A stretch of DNA of 64,000 nucleotides from an uncultured Actinomycetota bacterium (GTDB lineage Bacteria; Actinomycetota; Thermoleophilia; RBG-16-64-13), in the NCBI GenBank assembly GCA_963777945.1, contig CAVZSN010000010.1:4473-68472 (forward strand), read 5' to 3'. The notes beneath the pieces are model-generated. The model was given only the letters and a program-made list of their open reading frames with translations. It was not told where the DNA came from and made no database searches. The position numbers were made by a program, and so were the translations under genes. The first letter of the stretch is position 1, and each line of letters opens with the position of its first letter. Below are positions 39,455 through 52,811 of the stretch, in pieces.

Positions 39455-40092
39455 ATGGAGATACTTTGCGTGCCGGTCGGGCCGCTGCAGGCCAACTGCT
39501 ATCTGGTGTGGGACGAAGCGAACGCCGCCTGTGCTGTGGACCCCGGGGGGAGCCGGAGCGCCTCGCTCGTCTGGTCGAGCGCGAGGGACTTCAGTCTGCG
39601 AGGCGATCCTGGTCACGCATGGACACTTCGACCACGTAGAAGGAGTGCAGGGGTCTGGCGGACGCGACCGGGGCGCGGGTCTACTGCTCGCGCTCGGTGC
39701 AGCCGGTGCTGGCCGGTCGTCAGGGCTGCTCGGCCACCGGTTATCCGGTGCCCTCCGTGGGCGAACCTGCGATCGAGGTCGTCGAGGATGGGAACACGAT
39801 CTCGGTGGGCAGCATGTCGGTCACGGTCATCGCCACGCCGGGGCACACTCCCGGCGATGTGACCTTCGAGGTGGGAGGGGCCCTGTTCTGTGGCGACCTG
39901 CTCTTCCGCCGCTCGGTGGGTCGCACCGACTTTCCCGGCGGCGACTTCGCTCAACTGCTTGCCTCGGTGGCGCGCCTGGTACATGCCTATCCCGGCGAGA
40001 CCCCGGTGTATCCCGGTCATATGGAGTCCACCACGCTGGGAGAGGAACTCGCCCACAACCCATTTCTCGCCGCGCTGAAGGTCCATGGCTGA
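39455..40092 (+). CDS. MBL-fold metallohydrolase (glyoxalase II-like; indels)
   Basis: GPLQANCY, THGHFDH, TPGHTPG, GDLLF..SVGRTDFPGG, YPGH, NPFL; upstream extended -10 TGGTAGAAT at 39383-39391. Confidence 0.92.
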
Positions 40093-41384
40093 ACCATTCA
40101 CCGCACCCAAGGGGACGTACGACGTACTCCCCGAGCATCAGCCGGTGCGCCGCTGGGTGATCAGCTACGGCGGAGAAGGTCTTCTCTCGGTACGGCTACC
40201 GCCGCATCGACACGCCCGCGTTCGAGGATACTCGACTGTTCACCCGAGGGGTCGGCGACTCCACCGACATCGTGCGCAAAGAGATGTATACCTTCGACGA
40301 CCTCGGGGGGCGCAGCATGACCCTTCGGCCCGAAGGGCACGGCGCCCGTGGCGCGGGCGTACGTGGAGCACGGCATGCACACGCTGCCCCAGCCGGTGAA
40401 GCTGTACTACCACAGCCCCATGTTCCGCTACGAGAGCCCTCAGTCGGGACGCTACCGTCAGCATCTACCAGCTTGGGCATCGAGGCGTTCGGATCGGAGG
40501 CGCCCGAAGTCGACGCCGAGGTCATCGGGGTGCTGGCCGCGTTGTACCGGGAACTCGGTCTTCAGGAGATCGAACTGCGTCTCAACTCTATGGGCTGCAA
40601 GGTCTGCCGTCCCGGCTATGCGGCCGCCCTTCGTGAACACCTAGAATCGGCCTCGGCGTCGTTGTGCGCGGAGTGCGCAGAGAGAGCGCACCATCAATCC
40701 GCTGCGCACGTTCGACTGCAAGGTGCCCGCGCTGCCGGGCGGCGCTCGAGCAGGCTCCTCGGCTTGCCGGACTATCTGTGCCCCGCCTGCGCGGAGCACC
40801 ACGCTCGGGTCAAGGAATGCCTCGCGACGCAGGACATCGCCTTCGTCGAGGACCACACCTTGGTCCGGGGCATGGACTACTACACCCGCACCACGTTCGA
40901 GTTCCAGTCCTCCGTGCTCGGGGCGCAGTCGGGAATAGGTGGCGGAGGGCGGTACGACGACCTCGTGGCTGCCATCGGCGGCCCCGCCACTCCCGGTGTG
41001 GGTTTCGGCACGGGCGTGGAACGCATCCTTCTTGCCGTTTCGCGCTGCGGCGTCGAAGGCCCGCCGGCTCCGCAAGCCCACGGTCTACCTGGTTGCCATG
41101 GGGGACGCTGCGCGCGGTGAGGTGTTCGCGCTCGCGCACTCCTTGAGGGCGAGAGGGATCGCGGTGGACCTTGACTACATGAGACGAAGCCCCAAGGGGC
41201 AGATGAAGCAGGCCGGGCGCACAGGGGCGCGCTACGCCTTCATCATAGGAGACGCGGAGATGGCTTCGGGGATGTTCACGGTGCGTGATCTGTCCACGGG
41301 CCGAGAAGACACGCTTTCCAGGGACGCGGCGCTCGCTGCTTGCCGCGGCAGTCCGTGGATGGCCCGAGCCCGGCGGCCGGCTGA
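40085..41384 (+). CDS. hisS: Histidine--tRNA ligase (indels; end approximate)
   Basis: [63 protein letters not shown]. Confidence 0.96.
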
Positions 41385-41410
41385 CACCCCAGAGAGAAGA
41401 GGACTCGACT

Positions 41411-43175
41411 GTGTCATACAGGGACGAATGGTGCGGCACCATCAATGAGGGTGCGATCGGCAGACGGGTGAAGGTCGCCGGCTGGGTCCATCGCCGGCGG
41501 GATCACGGCGGTCTCATCTTCGTAGACCTGCGCGACCGGACGGGGATCGTGCAGTTGGTGATGGAAGCCGACAAGCAGGCCAGCGCTTCATCACCGCGCA
41601 CAGGAACGTGCGCAGCGAGTACGTGATATGCGCGCGAGGGTCGGTCGTCGCCCGGGCACCGGAGCGAGTGAACCCCAATCTGTCCACGGGTGGCGTCGAG
41701 ATCGTGGTCGACGAACTGGAGATCCTGGCCGCTGCGCAGACGCCCCCGTTCTTCCCCGAGGACGAGGTCGACGTGGACGAGACCTTGCGGCTGCGCTACC
41801 GCTATCTCGACCTGCGGCGTCCCCGCATGTTCCGCAATCTGCTCCTGCGTCATCAGGTGGTCCAGAGCGTGCGTCGTTATCTGGGCGAGCAGGGCTTCAT
41901 CGATGTCGAGACCCCCATCCTTACCAAGAGCACACCCGAGGGGGCCAGGGATTTCCTCGTGCCCAGCAGACTGCAGCCGGGCGAGTTCTACGCGCTTCCC
42001 CAGTCGCCGCAGCTTTTCAAACAGCTTCTCATGATCGGCGGTTTCGAGCGCTACTACCAGATCGCTCGGGCCTTCCGGGACGAGGACCTGCGGGCCGACC
42101 GGCAGCCCGAGCACACCCAGATCGATATCGAGATGAGCTTCATCGAGGAAGCCGACATCCAGGGCGTGGTCGAAGGCATGTTCGCGACGGCCTTCAAAGA
42201 GACCCTCGATGTCGATCTTCCACTGCCGTTCCCGCGCCTCACTTACGCCGACGCCATGGCCCGCTTCGGGAGCGACAAGCCGGACCTCCGCTTCGGACTC
42301 GAGATCGTCGACGTGAGCGATCTCGCGGGCGCGATGGAGTTTCGGGTGTTCAGCGAGGCAGTGGCCAAGGGCGGTGTCGTCCGCGGCATCAGCGCGCCCG
42401 AAGGCGGCGCCGGTTCTCCCGCAAGGACGTCGACGACCTGGCCGCCGAGGCGGCTGTCTTCGGGGCGCAGGGTCTGCTGCCGGTGTGGCTCGACGACGAT
42501 GGAGGCATGCGCTCTCCGCTTCTGAAGTTCGTGACCGAGGAGCAGATGAAGGTCTCTCGTGCAGAGGCTGGCCGGCGCGCCCGGCGATCTGCTCCTGTTC
42601 GTGGCCGATCGCAAGGAGGTGGCCGAGCCCAGTCTCGGGGCTCTTCGCCTCGCCCTGGCCTCGCGCCTCGGACTCGAGCGCAGCGGGCTGGCGCTTCGCC
42701 TGGGTGGTCGACTTCCCCATGTTCGAATACGACGCCAAGGAGAAGCGCCTCAAGGCCCAGCATCACCCCTTCACCAAACCTCGTCTCGAACGATCTCGAT
42801 GAGCTCCAGGAGCGACCTCTGGAGCTGGGCACGTACGCGTACGACCTCGTTCTGAACGGCGTGGAGCTAGGCAGCGGATCACTGCGTATCTCCGACCCCC
42901 ACATGCAGGAGGCCGTCTTCGAGGCGCTTGGACTCGACGACGAGCAGATCAAGGTCAAGTTCGGCTTCCTCGTGGAGGCCATGGACTACGGGATCCCTCC
43001 TCACGGGGGCATCGGACTGGGTCTCGACCGCACGGTCATGCTGATGGCGGGCGAGTCGTCCATCCGCGACGTCATCGCCTTTCCCAAGACGCAGAGTGGG
43101 TCTTGCCCCCTCACCGACGCCCCGTCGCGAGTGGCGCCGGACCAGTTGCGCGAGCTCCGCATCCGCACGGTCTAG
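41411..43175 (+). CDS. aspS: Aspartate--tRNA ligase (indels)
   Basis: [81 protein letters not shown]. Confidence 0.97.
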
Positions 43176-43210
43176 GACGGTCGTCCTGCTCGCGAGGTCG
43201 CGCAGAGGCT

Positions 43211-43240
43211 CTCAAGTTCTGCCCGCAAAACGCCGAATAT
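43211..43240 (+). promoter_or_regulatory. Putative sigma28/WhiG-type promoter upstream of the 6S RNA
   Basis: C-TCAA-N16-GCCGAATA in the aspS-6S intergenic region. Confidence 0.55.
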
Positions 43241-43290
43241 CTGAGGTGAGAGCCGCTAGTGTGCGGTCTCGGGGCGGGCGGATAGGCGCG

Positions 43291-43318
43291 TTGCCTGCCA
43301 CAGGGCGTGTGGTACCCT
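43291..43318 (+). promoter_or_regulatory. Putative sigma-A promoter of the 6S RNA
   Basis: TTGCCT-N16-TACCCT with extended TG, ending about 6 nt before the 5' end of the rod. Confidence 0.55.
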
Positions 43319-43323
43319 CGCGG

Positions 43324-43474
43324 TGCTCGACCTTGTGCGTGATCTGGCCCAAACTTGAGCCAACACACTACGCTCGGGAGGCATGTTTTCCTGAACGGCG
43401 AGTCGCCAATCAGGGACTGTCACCCACCTGCTTCGGCAGGTTCAAGCGCATGTCAGACACGGCAAGGTGGAGCA
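43324..43474 (+). ncRNA. ssrS: 6S RNA, Firmicute/BsrA-like
   Basis: Closing stem TGCTC-GACCTTGTGCGTGATCTG pairs with CAGACACGGCAAGGTGGAGCA; CTTGAGC pairs with GTTCAAG; central bubble CAACACACTACGCTC; GGGAG...CACCCACCTGC-TTCG-GCAGGTTCAA resembles B. subtilis 6S-1; T-rich tail; downstream of aspS like bsrA. Confidence 0.88.
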
Positions 43475-43498
43475 TTTTTATTTTGGGAAGGGTAGACG

Positions 43499-44021
43499 AT
43501 GTCGGGACGAAGCAGACAGTCGACCGTGGTCCTTCTCGTCGCCATCGCGTCTGGCCGTCTTTCTTGGGGCTGCGGAGGCGGCGGCCAAGTGGACGACTCC
43601 ACGGTCTCCACCAACGTCGTCAAGACCACCGCACGACGGCCGCGCTCCTCGGTGCAGAGCGAAGTCGACAGCATCCTGTACGAAGCTGGCCGTGACAGAG
43701 GACACTCCTGAGGAGTATGTCGCGGCCATCGGTCAGGCCCGTCCCGTGGTCGTGCTGTTCTACGTTCCCGGCAATGTGGACGACGTCAAGGTGCTCGACG
43801 CGCTTCAAGGCCCTCGCAGTCGGAGTTCCCCGACTACACGTTCCTCACGTACGACTATCAAGATCCCAGCAGCTACGGCGACCTTTCCATGCTGCTGCAG
43901 GTAAACTATCCGCCTGAGATCAGTGCTCATCGACCGGGACGGCACCGTCAGGAATATCTGGAACGGTTATGTCGACGAGGGCACTCTGAGGCAGTGTCTG
44001 ATCAACCTCGGGCAAGGATGA
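43499..44021 (+). CDS. Putative lipoprotein with thioredoxin-like fold lacking CxxC (indels)
   Basis: Hydrophobic N-terminus then SWG-C-GGGG; RPVVVLFYVPGNVDD; LQVNYPPE.VLIDRDGTV..WNGYVDEGTL. Confidence 0.6.
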
Positions 44022-44091
44022 CGCGACCCTGACCTGAGTCTGTAGGCGAGGGCCGGGTCATCCCGGCCCTCGTGCTAGTGAGAGGGTCACT

Positions 44092-45677
44092 GTGCGGTCG
44101 ACCGGTGACGACTCGAGAGAGCCAATGACTCGGCGGGTCTCGCCTACGGGACCCGGGTGGCCGACCGTCTTCGCTCGTGCACCTTCTCCGGGCCGCTCGT
44201 GGGGGCACATGACGCCACGGCGAGGCGGGCAGCAAGGACTGCGGAAGCCTGGTCCGCATCGAGTTGCGGCTTCGAGGCCGGCCCGATCCAGGAGGCCCGG
44301 TACCAGGCCCACGGATGCCCGGCCACTCTCGCCAGCGCCAGTCAGGTGTGCGCCCGCGTTGACCGGCCGACCTTCCTCGAGGCCGCCGTCCGTCAGCCGA
44401 GGCGCGATATCTGCCACGACCTGGGGCTCGTCCCGTCGAAGGAGTACACGGCCGGCGTCGCCCTCGACGCCCTACACGATGCCCTCACGGCGGCCGTCAG
44501 CTCCCCCGCACCTGCGAGGTGGGCCGTCGCGGACCGAGCCCGATGCCCGGGATACCCTGGCGCGAGGGAGTGCTGGTGGGGATGAGCGGGGGTGTTGACA
44601 GCGCGGTAGCCGCTCTTCTGTTGAAGGAGCAGGGCTTCCGGGTGGTAGGCGTCACGCTGACTCTGTGGAACGACCCGGGCGTGGCAGACGAGCGCAGTTG
44701 CTGCTCGCCGGAGAACGTCAGCCGGGCGCGAAGGGTGGCGCACAGCCTCGGGCATCCCTCACCTGGCACTCGACGCGAAAGAGGCCTTCTACCGGCAGGT
44801 GGTGGAGTACTTCGTCTCCGAGTATGCGGCCGGCCGGACGCCGAATCCCTGCGCCAAGTGCAATTCACGGGTGCGGATAGGAGTGCTCGTGGAGGCGGCC
44901 CGTCGCCTGGGCTTGTCCCGGGTCGGCCACCGGTCACTACGCCCGACTCACCGGGAGCCTCCGCCGGACTGGCCCGCGGCGCTCGATCCGATGAAGGACC
45001 AGTCCTACGTGCTGGCGGAGGTGTCTCCGGAGATCCTCGAGCATCTGATATTCCCTCTCGGCGAGATGCGCAAGCCGGAGGTACGGCAGATGGCGGCGCA
45101 GGCCGGGCTCGAGGGCCACTCGGCGCCCGAGAGCCAGGAGATCTGCTTCGTCCCCGACGACGATCATCGGCGCTTTCTACGCGAGCGCCTGGGCGATCTG
45201 CCCGGGCGACATCGTCGACAGGGCAGGCGCGGCGCTCTGGGGCGCCACGAAGGGACGTACAACTTCACCATCGGTCAGCGCAAGGGACTGCGGGTCGCCG
45301 CCGGAGAGCCGCGCTACGTCGTGGCGATCGACGCCAACGAGCGTCGGGTGGTCGTCGGGCACCGCGCGAGAGGCCGAGATGAGTGCGATCCGGGTCGCCG
45401 GAGTCGGTATGGCACCGCAGGCTCGAGCGGTGGCCCGCTCGCCGCACAGGTACGCTCCGCGGGAGCGGCGCTTCCCGTTGCCGAGCTGAGGTGGCCGCCG
45501 ACGAGATCGACAGTCTCTCTGGCAGTACCGGCCGTGGGGGTTGCTCCGGGCCAGACCGCGGTCGTCTACGAGGCCGACGAGGTGATCGTCGCCGGCACCA
45601 TCACCTCCACCGACGGGATGGGCCGGCAGGACTCGATGCTGACCTGCAGAAAGAGCTGGAATTGGCCTGTGGTATAG
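44092..45677 (+). CDS. mnmA: tRNA 2-thiouridine synthase MnmA preceded by an IscU/NifU_N-like domain (fused or overlapping; indels)
   Basis: N-terminal part: [43 protein letters not shown]. MnmA part: [56 protein letters not shown]. Confidence 0.92.
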
Positions 45678-45718
45678 TCGGTGTCGTTTTCAACACGAAG
45701 AGAGAAGAGGGGCCGGAT

Positions 45719-46093
45719 ATGGAGTGGGACGCCAACGCCATCATGGATATCTGCATCGGTATCTTCTTCCTGCTCTTCGGGGCCGGGCTTCTCTACATGC
45801 TTCTGCGACTGGCAGGGGTGTTCAGCCGGACCACCAACATCCTCACCGACGTCAATACGGAGGTCATCCCCCTCCTCGACCAGGGTGGAGACCACCCTCG
45901 ACCGCGTGAATACGAGCTGGACCAGGTCGAGCAGATAACCACGTCGGTGGCTCAGATCATCAAGCTCGCCGAGACTACCTCGACGGCGGTGCACAGCGCC
46001 GTGGCGACGCCCATCAAGAAGTTCGCTGGTCTTTCCGCGGCGGTCACTGAAGGGATCGCGTCGTTTGTTTCAGGGAAACGAAAGGAGAGCTGA
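45719..46093 (+). CDS. DUF948/YtxG-like membrane-anchored coiled-coil protein (indel)
   Basis: N-terminal TM helix followed by helical heptads; upstream extended -10 TGGTATAGT. Confidence 0.7.
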   Translation: MEWDANAIMDICIGIFFLLFGAGLLYMLLRLAGVFSRTTNILTDVNTEVIPLLDQGGDHPRPREYELDQVEQITTSVAQIIKLAETTSTAVHSAVATPIKKFAGLSAAVTEGIASFVSGKRKES

Positions 46094-46354
46094 TGGCGGT
46101 ATTCGTTCGCTTGTCTTGTTCTGGTTACAGGGGTTGCCATAGGCGGGGCTCTTGTCATCGCGCATCGAGTCTCGCAGGAGACGGGGAAGAGCTTTGCTCG
46201 AGGCCTTCGCGGACGTGCCCGCCGAAGCCCAGCGCATCTTCGAGGACGTGAAGGGCGCGGGCCGAAGAGGCCGTCGACCGGGCCCGTCAGGCCTACGAGC
46301 AGAAGCAGGCCGAGATCGGATACGTACCTCGGACGTGGCGGTGCTGCCGAATAG
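46093..46354 (+). CDS. YtxH-like small membrane protein (indels)
   Basis: LVLVTGVAIGGALVIA followed by a helical AEEAVDRARQAYEQKQAE; TGATG coupling to the upstream gene. Confidence 0.6.
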
Positions 46355-46359
46355 GGGTG

Positions 46360-46794
46360 GTGCCAGCTGGCTGAGCCCGAGCGATAGGCCCGATATCGTC
46401 GTCCTTCGTGCTCCTCGAGGAGCGGCACTCGCTACCCGTCATGCGGGTGGTCATCGGAGGGGTGGCGTCGCGCCATGCGCTGTCGGTCGACCGGCTCGAC
46501 GATATCGAACTGGCGCGTCGAGACTCTGCTCGGGGAGGAATCGGCTGAAGGGGCGGATCTCGTTGCTGACGATCTCCGTCGTGAGCGACACGTTCAGGTC
46601 GATCGCTCGATGGGCTCAGCAGCTCAGCGGTCAGGCGAACGCTATCGAGCCCGACGATCCGGGTCGAAGGGTGGAAGAGCGCGGGCTTGACGTCCCGCAT
46701 GCTCCTGGATTCGTCTCGTCGACAGCTACCGAGATCGTGGATGGAGGTCACCGCCGATTCCTTCGCCGTCGAGATGGAGAAACGGATCTTCTAG
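46360..46794 (+). CDS. RsbW/UsfX-like anti-sigma factor (indels; start approximate)
   Basis: LPVMRVVIGGVASRHALSVDRLDDIELAVE...MLLDSLVD...VEMEKR; directly upstream of a SigB/F sigma factor. Confidence 0.7.
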
Positions 46795-46845
46795 GTGCCA
46801 CCGACCGAGACTGCAATGTGGCGGCCGGGAGCACCGGATGTGACT

Positions 46846-47653
46846 ATGGCCTATGGTGACGGATTGAAGACGATGTCCCAGAGCGAGACCTGCTTGTCCT
46901 GGTCCGCGATCGCAAAGATGCCGCAGCCAGAGAGGAACTGATCACGCGCTATCTGCCGCTGGTACGGAGTCTTGCCCGTCGGTTCGCGTCTCGCGGGCAA
47001 CCGGTCGAGGACCTCATCCAGGTCGGAAGCATCGGTCTGATCAAGGCCATCGACCGGTTCGATCTTGACAGGGGCGTGGAACTCTCCACGTATGCCACCC
47101 CGACCATCCTGGGCGAGATCAAGCGATACTTCCGCGACAAGGGCTGGGCCGTGAAGGTCCCCCGGGCCCTGCAGGACCTCAACACCAGGCTCAACAGGGT
47201 CATGGAGTCACTGACCGTGGAACTGCGTAGGTCTCCGACCATCAGTGAGTTGGCGGGCGCAACGGGGGCGACAGAGGAGGAAGTGGTCGAAGCCCTGGAG
47301 AGCGGGCGGGCCTACAACTCCGTCTCGATCTATCTCCGGCGGAAGTCCGGACGAGGACGAATCCGCAGGCTTGCTGGACTGCCTGGGGATGGAGGAGGAG
47401 GCCTACGAGGTCTTCGAGCAGCGCCGGGTGCTGGCGCCCGCCATGGAACGGCTCGATCCTCGGGAGCGATTCATCCTTCACCTGCGTTTCTTCGAGGGTA
47501 TGACCCAGACCCAGGTGGCGGCGCGGATCGGCATCTCGCAGATGCACGTGTCGCGGCTGATACGGAAATCGATAGAGAATCTCCGTCTAGTACATGGCGG
47601 AAGACGAGTCCCCGGAGCCTGGCGGCGCGGGGGAGAGAGGCGAGGTCTGATTC

Positions 47654-47657
<4 letters not shown>
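46846..47657 (+). CDS. SigB/SigF/SigG family RNA polymerase sigma factor (indels)
   Basis: YLPLVRSLARRF, EDLIQVGSIGLIKAIDRFD, YATPTILGEIKRYFRDKGWAVKVPR, LRFFEGMTQTQVA..IGISQMHVSRL. Confidence 0.94.
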
Positions 47658-50285
<2,628 letters not shown>

Positions 50286-50698
50286 GTGCGTGTGCTGGGT
50301 ATAGACGTGGGAGCGAGCCGGACCGGGGTGGCCATCTCGGATCCGTTGGGAGTCACCTGCACGCCGCTGCCGGTGATCCGGGAACGCGATCGGGAGCAGG
50401 CTGCTTCTAAGGGTCGTGGCCCTGGCCGAGGAGCACGGTGCGGGCGAGATGGTGGTGGGGCTGCCGCGCCCGCTTGCAGGAGGGACGAACGCGCAGATGG
50501 ACAGCGGTGATCGCCTTCGCCGAGCGCCTCAGGCAGACGGCTGACGCGATGCCGGTCGTCATGTGGGACGAACGGTTCACGTCCAAACTGGCCAGGACGA
50601 GTCAGCGCGCGAGCGGCGAGCAGGACTCGGTCGCGGCGTGCTATATGTTGCAGGACTATCTTGACTGGCGGTCCGGGCCTAGCTGGAGAGTGATATGA
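50286..50698 (+). CDS. ruvX: Pre-16S rRNA nuclease YqgF / RuvX (indels)
   Basis: VLGIDVGASRTGVAISDPLG, VVGLP, WDERFTS, DSVAACYMLQDYLD. Confidence 0.93.
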
Positions 50699-51826
50699 GC
50701 GACTGGTATTCGGATCTACCACGAGCGGGCGAGAGCTACCCCGTCCAAGAAGAGGAAGCGTCGCTCGGCGAAGGCCTGGGCCACCCGCATCATCGTGGTG
50801 ATCGGCTTCTGTCGCCTTCATGTTCGGCGTCTACACGGTGGTCGACAGAGGGCACGATTGGCTTGCAGGCCAAGGCGAGCGGAAACGACGTCGACCAGTC
50901 TTGCGAGCTCGGTGAAGGTCATCGATCAGTCCGGGCATGACGGCCACGCCAGATCGGCCAGTTGCTCGAGAACAAGGGAGTCGTCTCCTCGGCGGCCGGC
51001 CTTCGTGGACCTGGTCGCATTCCCGAGGAAGCGAGGAGAAGCTCCAGCCCGGCACGTATCAACTTGCCCACCAAGCGCTCAGCTCGTCGCAGTGGTCGCC
51101 AGGCTCGAGACAGGGACGCGCCGCGGCTCCGCACCTTCAAGGTCACCATCCCCGAAGGCCTGGCGGCCAGCCAGGTAGCCTCCCTGCTGGCAAAGGCTGG
51201 TGAGGTCAAGCAGGCCGCCACGTACACCGACTTGGCTCAGCAGCCCGACAAGTTCGTGGTGCCCGAAGATCGGGGGAGACACGCCCAGAGGTCACCACGC
51301 TCGAGGGGCTGCTCTTCCCCGACACGTACGAGTTGATGACCGGGGACGGGCCCGACCGAGCTCATCGGCGCTCAACTGTCGGCCTTCGGCAAGAAGACCG
51401 CCTCGCTCCAGTGGGACAGCTGCGGAGGTCCTTGGACTGTCGCCCTATCAGATCGTCATCGTGGCCTCGATGCTGGAGAAGGAGGCCAACACCCCTGAGG
51501 ACATGGCCAAGGTGGCCGCCGTCATCTACAACCGGCTCAAGAAGAAGATGCGGCTGGACGTCGATGCCACCGTGCGGTACGCACTCGACAAATGGACCGA
51601 ACCGCTCACCGCCGCGGACCTCAAGGTGGATTCTCCGTACAACACTCGGGTGGTCAAGGGACTGCCGCCGGCGCCCATCGCCAACCCCGGGGTGGCCGCA
51701 CTTGAAGCTGCTCTGGAACCGGCGGACGTCGACTATCTGTACTATCTCACCGACAAGGACGGCAAGACGTACTTCACCGCCTCGTACGACGAGTTCGTAA
51801 AGATGAAGAAGGACCTGCTTCAGTAG
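50695..51826 (+). CDS. mltG: Endolytic transglycosylase MltG (indels)
   Basis: LQPGTY, VTIPEGL, LEGLLFPDTY, ASMLEKE, VIYNRL, SPYNT, GLPPAPIANPG, YLYY. Confidence 0.93.
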
Positions 51827-51942
51827 CTCTCGGGTCCCTGACGGACCTGGTGCGCCAGCTTCTTACCTTGGTTTGAGACGAAACCGCCTCCGAGCGGTAG
51901 TCTGCACAGTAGCAGCAGGCAACCGCAGCGGAGGTGGCGTGG

Positions 51943-52810
51943 ATGGGGGCGAACCAGAGCATCAGTAGCCGGACCGGCGTGGTGGGTGTGCTGGGCCACC
52001 CGGTCGGCCATTCGCTTTCTCCTCGCATGCACAACGCCGCCTTCCGGCCGCAGGGCTCGACCTGGTCTATCTGGCTTTCGACGTGCCTCCGGAGCGCCTG
52101 CCCGCCGCGATGCGCGGGCTCCTGCGCCCTCGGGTTTCGGGGCGCCAACGTGACGATCCCTCACAAGGAGGCCGTCCTCGCCCTCCTCGACGACGTGGAT
52201 GCCGGCGGCCGGCGCGTATCGGGTCGGTCAACACGGTGGTCAACGACGAGGGCCGGCTCGTCGGGTACAACACCGATACGAGCGGTTTCGCTGGCGGCGC
52301 TGCGCGGTCTGCGGCCCGAGGGAGCTCGGCGGGCTGACCTGCTTCGTGGCCGGGGCCGGAGGGGCGGCGCGCGCGGTCGTCGCCGCCCTTGATCGACGAC
52401 GGGGCCCGCGAGATCCGCGTCTACAACCGCACGCCCGAACGCGCCGTCGCGCTCTGCTCGGAGGCCGCCTGGGGCGTAGCGCCGCTGCGTTGCCGTTCCC
52501 GAACACGAAGTGTTCGGCGGCGGCGCGCGAGAGCCAGACCTCATCGTGAACGCCACCTCGGTGGGGCTGACCCCATCCGTCAAGGAGTCCGCCATTCCTG
52601 TCGATATTCTCCACAGTCATCACATCGTGATGGACCTGGTCTACGGCCGGGTCCCACGATGCTGGTGAGAGAGGCGAAAGCGCGAGGTGCTACCGCGATA
52701 GACGGCAAGGAGATGCTCGTGATGCAGGCTGCGAGTCGTACGAGCTCTGGACAGGCCTGCAGGCGCCTGTTGACGTCATGCGGACGCAGCATCGTCGATG
52801 GGAGAGGTGA
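51943..52810 (+). CDS. aroE: Shikimate dehydrogenase (indels)
   Basis: GHPVGHSLSPRMHNAAF, GANVTIPHKE, GSVNTV, GYNTD, GAGGAARA, IVNATSVG, DLVY, DGKEMLVMQA. Confidence 0.94.
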
Positions 52811-52811
52811 G

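Noticed and set aside
41285-41626. HisS-AspS read-through fusion
   Set aside because: aspS has an RBS and GTG at 41411; the open upstream frame is not the HisS frame.
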